Source of the DNA: an uncultured Verrucomicrobiae bacterium
GTDB lineage: Bacteria; Verrucomicrobiota; Verrucomicrobiia; Limisphaerales; Palsa-1400
Direction of reading: 5' to 3'
Assembly: GCA_963764165.1 (NCBI GenBank)
Contig: CAVXRD010000004.1
Span: 416,001-480,000 of the forward strand
Length of the DNA: 64,000 nt
Shown here: one piece after another, positions 59,172 through 64,000 of the stretch
How positions within the stretch are numbered: the stretch's first letter is position 1
Layout: each line of letters begins with the position of its first letter
Notes under the pieces: generated by a model
The model's database searches: none
What the model was told of the DNA's origin: nothing
Seen by the model: the letters and a program-made list of their open reading frames with translations, nothing else
Translations under genes and position numbers: made by a program

Positions 59172-59546
59172 ATGAATATAACACCTGAACGGATTGCGGA
59201 CGCGATCGCTCGCGGCCTCTGCGCAAGATGTTTGCGCCGCAAACATCGTCCCGGCATGCGAACGTGCAGCTATTGCGGCCATCTGGACGCGGCACACAAA
59301 AAAAGCCACGTCGAGAGACTGAAAAAGAAAGGCGGCTGTTTCCGCTGCGCACGGCCCGCGCTGCCTGGGCGTAAACGTTGCGAGCCATGCACCATATTTC
59401 ACAATGCCTATTGCGTCGCGAAGAGAAAATCATGGAAGGCGGCTGGGCTTTGCACGGGCTGCGGAAAGGGCACGCCTGCCGAGGGCAAGACCAGATGCCA
59501 GCGGTGCATAGACTGCGGCGCGCGCCGCAAGCGGTCGATGCCGTAA
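59172..59546 (+). CDS. Basic CxxC-repeat Zn-finger protein
   Basis: Six CxxC units in three repeats. Confidence 0.7.
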   Translation: MNITPERIADAIARGLCARCLRRKHRPGMRTCSYCGHLDAAHKKSHVERLKKKGGCFRCARPALPGRKRCEPCTIFHNAYCVAKRKSWKAAGLCTGCGKGTPAEGKTRCQRCIDCGARRKRSMP

Positions 59547-59564
59547 GTACGCCCCAGAGTCACA

Positions 59565-60338
59565 ATGGCAGCACAAAGCGAATGGGGCCAGGCCGGCCCA
59601 ATTGAAACGTACGCGGACAGCTCCTACGATCCCATGTCAGGCTGGGAGCAGGAGCAACGCTGGACCGGCTTCCCGGCCGACATCGTCGCCCTCGGCAATT
59701 CATTCATCGCCGCCGGATGGAAAGCCCGCGTCGAAACGACGAACAGCCAATGGAGCCGCCTCATTGTCTCCATCCCCAACAACGGAACCGACGATTACAT
59801 TGATCGGTGGGAATTCAGCATTGGCTTCAAGCAGCAGGATTTGTTTCTCAATATTGGCGTTAACGCCTACCTGCAAAACGCCGGGCTTACCGATGCGCAA
59901 ATCATTGACCTGCGCACCGTGCTCAAACCCTATCTTGATGCGAACACTGGCAACGCAGCCGTGACGGTCGCGCAAGGCGCGGCGTCCGGCGCAATTTACC
60001 AGATGCTGCAGATGGGCCAGGAATTCGTCGAAGTCGCGCAGCCGACGATTTCGCGCAAGCGAACGTACGGATACAACTTCGCTGGCACCATCATGGCGAC
60101 GCGGGTGACGCAGGATGTTTGGAGCACGTCCGCTCTGATCGCCGCCTTCGGAATTCCCTCACAGGTCTCCGCGCAAATTTCGCCCGATCCCAGCGCGCCG
60201 CCGGTCACAAATTTCGCGTTCGGATGGAAGATGCGCAAAAACAATTTGGTGATCATTCCAGCCAAAAACAAAATCGAGGAGCAGCTCGAATGGGAATGGG
60301 ACCAGTGGTCGACCATCGCTTACAATTATATTTCCTGA
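59565..60338 (+). CDS. Tail tip/baseplate protein (putative)
   Basis: Follows tape measure; Trp-rich C-terminus. Confidence 0.55.
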   Translation: MAAQSEWGQAGPIETYADSSYDPMSGWEQEQRWTGFPADIVALGNSFIAAGWKARVETTNSQWSRLIVSIPNNGTDDYIDRWEFSIGFKQQDLFLNIGVNAYLQNAGLTDAQIIDLRTVLKPYLDANTGNAAVTVAQGAASGAIYQMLQMGQEFVEVAQPTISRKRTYGYNFAGTIMATRVTQDVWSTSALIAAFGIPSQVSAQISPDPSAPPVTNFAFGWKMRKNNLVIIPAKNKIEEQLEWEWDQWSTIAYNYIS

Positions 60339-61405
60339 TGAACCTCCCTGAGCCACTTCCAGAGACAGACGATTTCCGCCTCAAAGGTCTTTTCAGTTGG
60401 TGCAACCGCCTTCGCGATTACGCGCAGTCAATAACCCTGATGCGCAGCGCCGACTCCAGGCTTGAGCGCACGCCTGCCGGCACGCTGCTTCGACCGGCGC
60501 GGGATTCAACGCCGCGCGATCTCGGCATTCGCAGCGTCACGAATTGGTATCTGCCTCCGATCACTATCACCGAGACGGATCGCGACGGCTTTTCCAATCC
60601 GCGCCAATTCACCTGGAATGGTTTGATCGCGTTTGGCCCCTGGGTCGGCGGCGCGGCCGCCAACGAAGAAAACATTTACGGAACCGGCGGATACGGCAGC
60701 GACACTTTGTTTGCATTCGATTACGGAGTATCGGGTTTCGTTGACGGAGAAAACACCAGCCCGCCAAGCAATTTTGTGTGGGACATCGATCCAGTTGTCT
60801 GGCCGGGCTTCGCCGATTTCCAGGACGCGGCCGACAACGCGGCCTTCTACCTCGTCGACTTGCCGCCGACCCTTCGCAATCAAATCGTGGGCGGCACATT
60901 CACTCAGCAGGATCAGCGCGAAACAGGACTCACCGAATGGCTGTTTGACTACGCTTACGCTAACGGACAGCCCACCTTGCCCCAGATTTACGACCGCTAC
61001 CCTTTTGATTCTACCAATGGCACATATTACGGCGACGGCGTCGGAAACGGCACCGGCAGCGGAGCGGCTACAGATGATTACACGGCTTATATCGAGCCGA
61101 GCTATTTCCCCGGCTCAACGCTCTACATTGCGAACCCCAACAGACTGCGCACCAGTCGCCGTTACTTTTACCAGGATGCCTATTTCGGGGCGACGATTGA
61201 GCTGAACATGGGATGGGTTGACTTGAACGTGGACGCCCGCCGCTGGATGGCCGCCGGTTTGGTGGAAAACCACATGAGAGTGCAGATCGCTACGAACGGG
61301 TCGGGAGTAATGATCCCACCGCCAAACGCCTCAGTCGGCCTGGACGGCAACCTTTACGTCCCCGTCAACCAGGACTCAAATTACTATCCCGCCAACACGA
61401 TTTAG
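60338..61405 (+). CDS. Tail protein (putative)
   Basis: TGATG coupling; RLERTPAGT..R N-terminus. Confidence 0.6.
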   Translation: MNLPEPLPETDDFRLKGLFSWCNRLRDYAQSITLMRSADSRLERTPAGTLLRPARDSTPRDLGIRSVTNWYLPPITITETDRDGFSNPRQFTWNGLIAFGPWVGGAAANEENIYGTGGYGSDTLFAFDYGVSGFVDGENTSPPSNFVWDIDPVVWPGFADFQDAADNAAFYLVDLPPTLRNQIVGGTFTQQDQRETGLTEWLFDYAYANGQPTLPQIYDRYPFDSTNGTYYGDGVGNGTGSGAATDDYTAYIEPSYFPGSTLYIANPNRLRTSRRYFYQDAYFGATIELNMGWVDLNVDARRWMAAGLVENHMRVQIATNGSGVMIPPPNASVGLDGNLYVPVNQDSNYYPANTI

Positions 61406-61599
61406 CCATAGCCATGCTTCGCCGCCTCGGCGTCCGCGACGCTGGCGAGCCATCCGCTCAGATTGGATTTGCTCTTCTGCGCGGCCTTGACCCAAGCCGA
61501 TTTTTGCCGGGGGCGGACACGCAGCTTCACGATAGCGGTGGATGAATCCTGGCGGTGATTTCCCGGCCAATCGGCTTTTGGGTTGTTAGAATCGTTCAT
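61402..61599 (-). CDS. Ribbon-helix-helix-like small protein
   Basis: IVKLRVRPRQKSAWVKAAQKSKSNLSGWL. Confidence 0.6.
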   Translation of the reverse strand: MNDSNNPKADWPGNHRQDSSTAIVKLRVRPRQKSAWVKAAQKSKSNLSGWLASVADAEAAKHGYG

Positions 61600-61787
61600 T
61601 GCATCTCGCTCATTAACGGAAGTTTCCTGTCAAGAATCTGAATCGCATAGTCCAGCGGGGCAACCCCTTTGAGCTTTGCCGCGCGCCGCAGCCTGGCGGA
61701 AAGGGTTTCCGGAAGTCGCGCCAGGCTAATCTGGCGGGGCTTCGGATCGCATGCATACGTGCCGTAAGTACGCCCCTCAGTCGAACG

Positions 61788-62621
61788 ATGGCGATGCTCA
61801 ATGGAATCATTCTCCGAAGTGACGGGACCGCGCCCAATCCGTGCCAGCGATGGCCGGAAGGCTGCCCCATGCCCGGACCCATCCCGACCTCGCGCGCGGG
61901 CGATCTCAATAACAGCGTGGCGCACAGCCACATTTACTTTCGGCCCATTCAAACTCCGTTCGTCGATATCGGCCAAAACAACGCCATCATCATCGGCGGT
62001 GTCCGCCGCGCGCGCATCGATGCGGAGACGGGGGCTTTCACGATTCAACTTCTCCAGGGGAATTATTCTGTCGCGGTGGGCGCCGAAGTTTTCGAAATCA
62101 ACATCCCGTCCGACGCCGGCACGTTTGAGCTTTCGGCGTGCATCGTCACCGCTATGAATTTCCAACCGCCGGCGTCCAATACTTACCAGGGCAACTTCCC
62201 GTCCACCGCGGATGATTTTGTCCTGCCCGCCAACGCGGTGAATAACCCCGGCGCGCCGGTCGCCACTGGCTGGACGCAAATTGTCCAAGGCCCCGGCAAA
62301 TTCCAAATCGAAGCCAGCGTGATGGTTTACGCGACCAGCCGCGACGGCAACCAGCAGGACAACGAGACGTATACCGCGTATTTGTGGGACTCGACCGACG
62401 CCGTCATTGTCGGCCAAACCGTAACCGTCGACAACATATTCACCGGCACGCAGGGGCAGATCGTTTTGCGCGGCACGGTGAACATCGTGGGAGCAACGCA
62501 AATCCTCCTGGAAGTCTACGCCGCCGGCAACCCCAACACAGCCGACCAAAGCGCCGCCCCGAATTCCGTGGGAACAATCCTCATGGATCAATCCTCAATT
62601 TCCATCACGCGACTGAATTAA
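61788..62621 (+). CDS. Tail fibre-associated protein
   Basis: IYFRP..TP..GAFTIQLLQGNYSV resembles prophage tail fibre N-terminal domain. Confidence 0.6.
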   Translation: MAMLNGIILRSDGTAPNPCQRWPEGCPMPGPIPTSRAGDLNNSVAHSHIYFRPIQTPFVDIGQNNAIIIGGVRRARIDAETGAFTIQLLQGNYSVAVGAEVFEINIPSDAGTFELSACIVTAMNFQPPASNTYQGNFPSTADDFVLPANAVNNPGAPVATGWTQIVQGPGKFQIEASVMVYATSRDGNQQDNETYTAYLWDSTDAVIVGQTVTVDNIFTGTQGQIVLRGTVNIVGATQILLEVYAAGNPNTADQSAAPNSVGTILMDQSSISITRLN

Positions 62622-62625
62622 TTTT

Positions 62626-64000
62626 ATGATTTTCACAGAAGCCAACGAAGGAAACGAAGGGAAAATTGCGAGGAGCGCTTTGCCCAAGTTTCTCCGATTT
62701 ATTTTCCCCCTTTGTGTCCTTTGTTACCTTCTGTTAAATCCCCGGGTCCAGGCCCAGCTCGTCACCAGCCCGACCGGGCGAGCGATCGCCACCATCACCA
62801 ACGGGACCAGCAACCTTGTCCTGACGGCCCAGGGCGGCAGCGCCCCGCCCGTCTGGGCCCCGGCATCGGGCTCCGGAAGCTCGACGACCATCAACGGCCT
62901 GACCGGCGCCGTCAGCGTCATCATCACAAACATCGGCGGGAATTCAGGGATGACAGAAGTCTTGTTGACCAACGGAAACTATTTGCTGATCTCCAATAAT
63001 TGGAGCCAGGTCGCCACGCTCGCGTTGCTTGCGGCCCAGGGAACGGCCGACACAAATTACGCGCTAGCGATCGGCGCAGCGCTGACGAACGCGCTCGCCG
63101 CGCAAGGCGTCTCCGTGACAAATTTCGCGAATGCTGGTCTGGCTGCGCAGGGAGCGGCCGTCACGAATTTTGCCAAAGCAATCGGATCCGCAATCACCAA
63201 CGCGCTCGCCGCGCAAGGAACGGTGCAGACCAATTACACCCTCGCCGTCGGCGCGGCGATTACCAACGCGCTGAATTTTGAAATCGCGGCCGCCGGAGCG
63301 CAAGCCACCAATTACGCCAACGGCATAAGTTCCGCGATTTATGTCTCGCTGGGATCGGCGGGAGCGGCGATTACCAATTTCGTCAACGCCGGTTTGGCGG
63401 CCCAGGGCACGGCCACCACGAACTTTGCCAAGGGCGTCGGAACATCCGTGACCAATGCGCTGGCCACACAAGGAATGGCCAACACGAATTTCGCCAGCGG
63501 CATCGGAACCAGCGTCACCAACGCCATCGCCGCCGGTGGAACGGCCGCGACCAATTACGTTATCGCCTCGCTCGCCGCGCAAGGCACGGCCACCACGAAT
63601 GCGATCAAAGCGGCCACGAATACAATCGCGTCCGGATCGCTGGCCGGCGCGCTCCCCTACTCCGTTTACCCGTCGGGAATTTCAGGAACAGTTCTGTCAA
63701 ACACAGGCAGCGCGGTCGTGTGGGCCGCATCGCCGACCGGCGGTGGAACGGCAGGCATCGGCACGCTCAACGGCGTCGGCACCAACACGTATTTGACAAA
63801 CGCCACGACCAGCGGCGAGACCGCGACAAATCTAGCCATTTCGACCGGCGCGACAAAAACCAACGGGACCGGATCGGCAGGCTTCACCGAAAACATCAAC
63901 CTCGGCCCGAGCGGAATTTATCAAACCGTCGTCTCAGAAAACGCCGTCCACAAATGGAGCGTCCTGCAGACGGGAACGCTTTGGGAAATCCTCGATGGCA
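62626..64000 (+). CDS. Fibre-like protein with signal peptide and 11-residue coiled-coil repeats (runs off window)
   Basis: Own translation, open to window end: ..KFLRFIFPLCVLCYLLLNPRVQA-QLV..; repeats LAAQGTADTNY/ALAIGAALTNA/LAAQGVSVTNF. Confidence 0.8.
   Translation, partial: MIFTEANEGNEGKIARSALPKFLRFIFPLCVLCYLLLNPRVQAQLVTSPTGRAIATITNGTSNLVLTAQGGSAPPVWAPASGSGSSTTINGLTGAVSVIITNIGGNSGMTEVLLTNGNYLLISNNWSQVATLALLAAQGTADTNYALAIGAALTNALAAQGVSVTNFANAGLAAQGAAVTNFAKAIGSAITNALAAQGTVQTNYTLAVGAAITNALNFEIAAAGAQATNYANGISSAIYVSLGSAGAAITNFVNAGLAAQGTATTNFAKGVGTSVTNALATQGMANTNFASGIGTSVTNAIAAGGTAATNYVIASLAAQGTATTNAIKAATNTIASGSLAGALPYSVYPSGISGTVLSNTGSAVVWAASPTGGGTAGIGTLNGVGTNTYLTNATTSGETATNLAISTGATKTNGTGSAGFTENINLGPSGIYQTVVSENAVHKWSVLQTGTLWEILDG

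Larger units (their letters stand above)
28870..64000. mobile_element. Lambda-like siphoviral prophage (continues beyond window)
   Basis: Integrase, XRE repressor, replication initiator, GpA-type terminase, portal, S49, capsid, tail genes in canonical order; lysis genes not seen in window. Confidence 0.93.

Noticed and set aside
45786..61790. TGCCGTAA(C) copies as integron attC or CRISPR repeats
   Set aside because: No attC palindromes with paired RYYYAAC/GTTRRRY ends, no regular spacers, no cas genes

Overview
GC-rich bacterial chromosome segment, probably Verrucomicrobiota (inferred from gene content and repeat style). Bases 1-~28.8 kb are host genes: PadR, an ECF sigma + Ser/Thr kinase-WD40 pair, a 2125-aa secreted repeat protein, a DUF2330-like protein, a GldA/F/G-like ABC cluster with DUF4340, a Tat-signal HisC-like aminotransferase, an S53 protease, an orphan AbrB-type antitoxin, an IS5-family element interrupting a small gene, an APC permease and pgl. 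From ~28.87 kb past the window end lies a lambda-like siphoviral prophage: leftward early genes with a tyrosine recombinase, XRE switch, rightward early genes with a stand-alone FtsK-gamma domain and an iteron-containing replication initiator, a ~1.5 kb apparently non-coding interval, terminases, portal, S49 protease, scaffold, capsid, tail, short tape measure and fibres. Most notable: (1) a TGCCGTAA motif fixed 17-20 nt upstream of the ATG of eight late genes, which also bounds moron-like cassettes; (2) two structural-module proteins with Sec-type signal peptides, one encoded by a repeat hairpin, plus a NodZ-like fucosyltransferase in the tail module; (3) a 15-bp inverted repeat bracketing the structured interval before terminase; (4) possible recoding sites at the integrase, the scaffold and a G9 tract; (5) REP-like hairpins in frame inside phage genes. 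All calls are by eye; no database searches were run.
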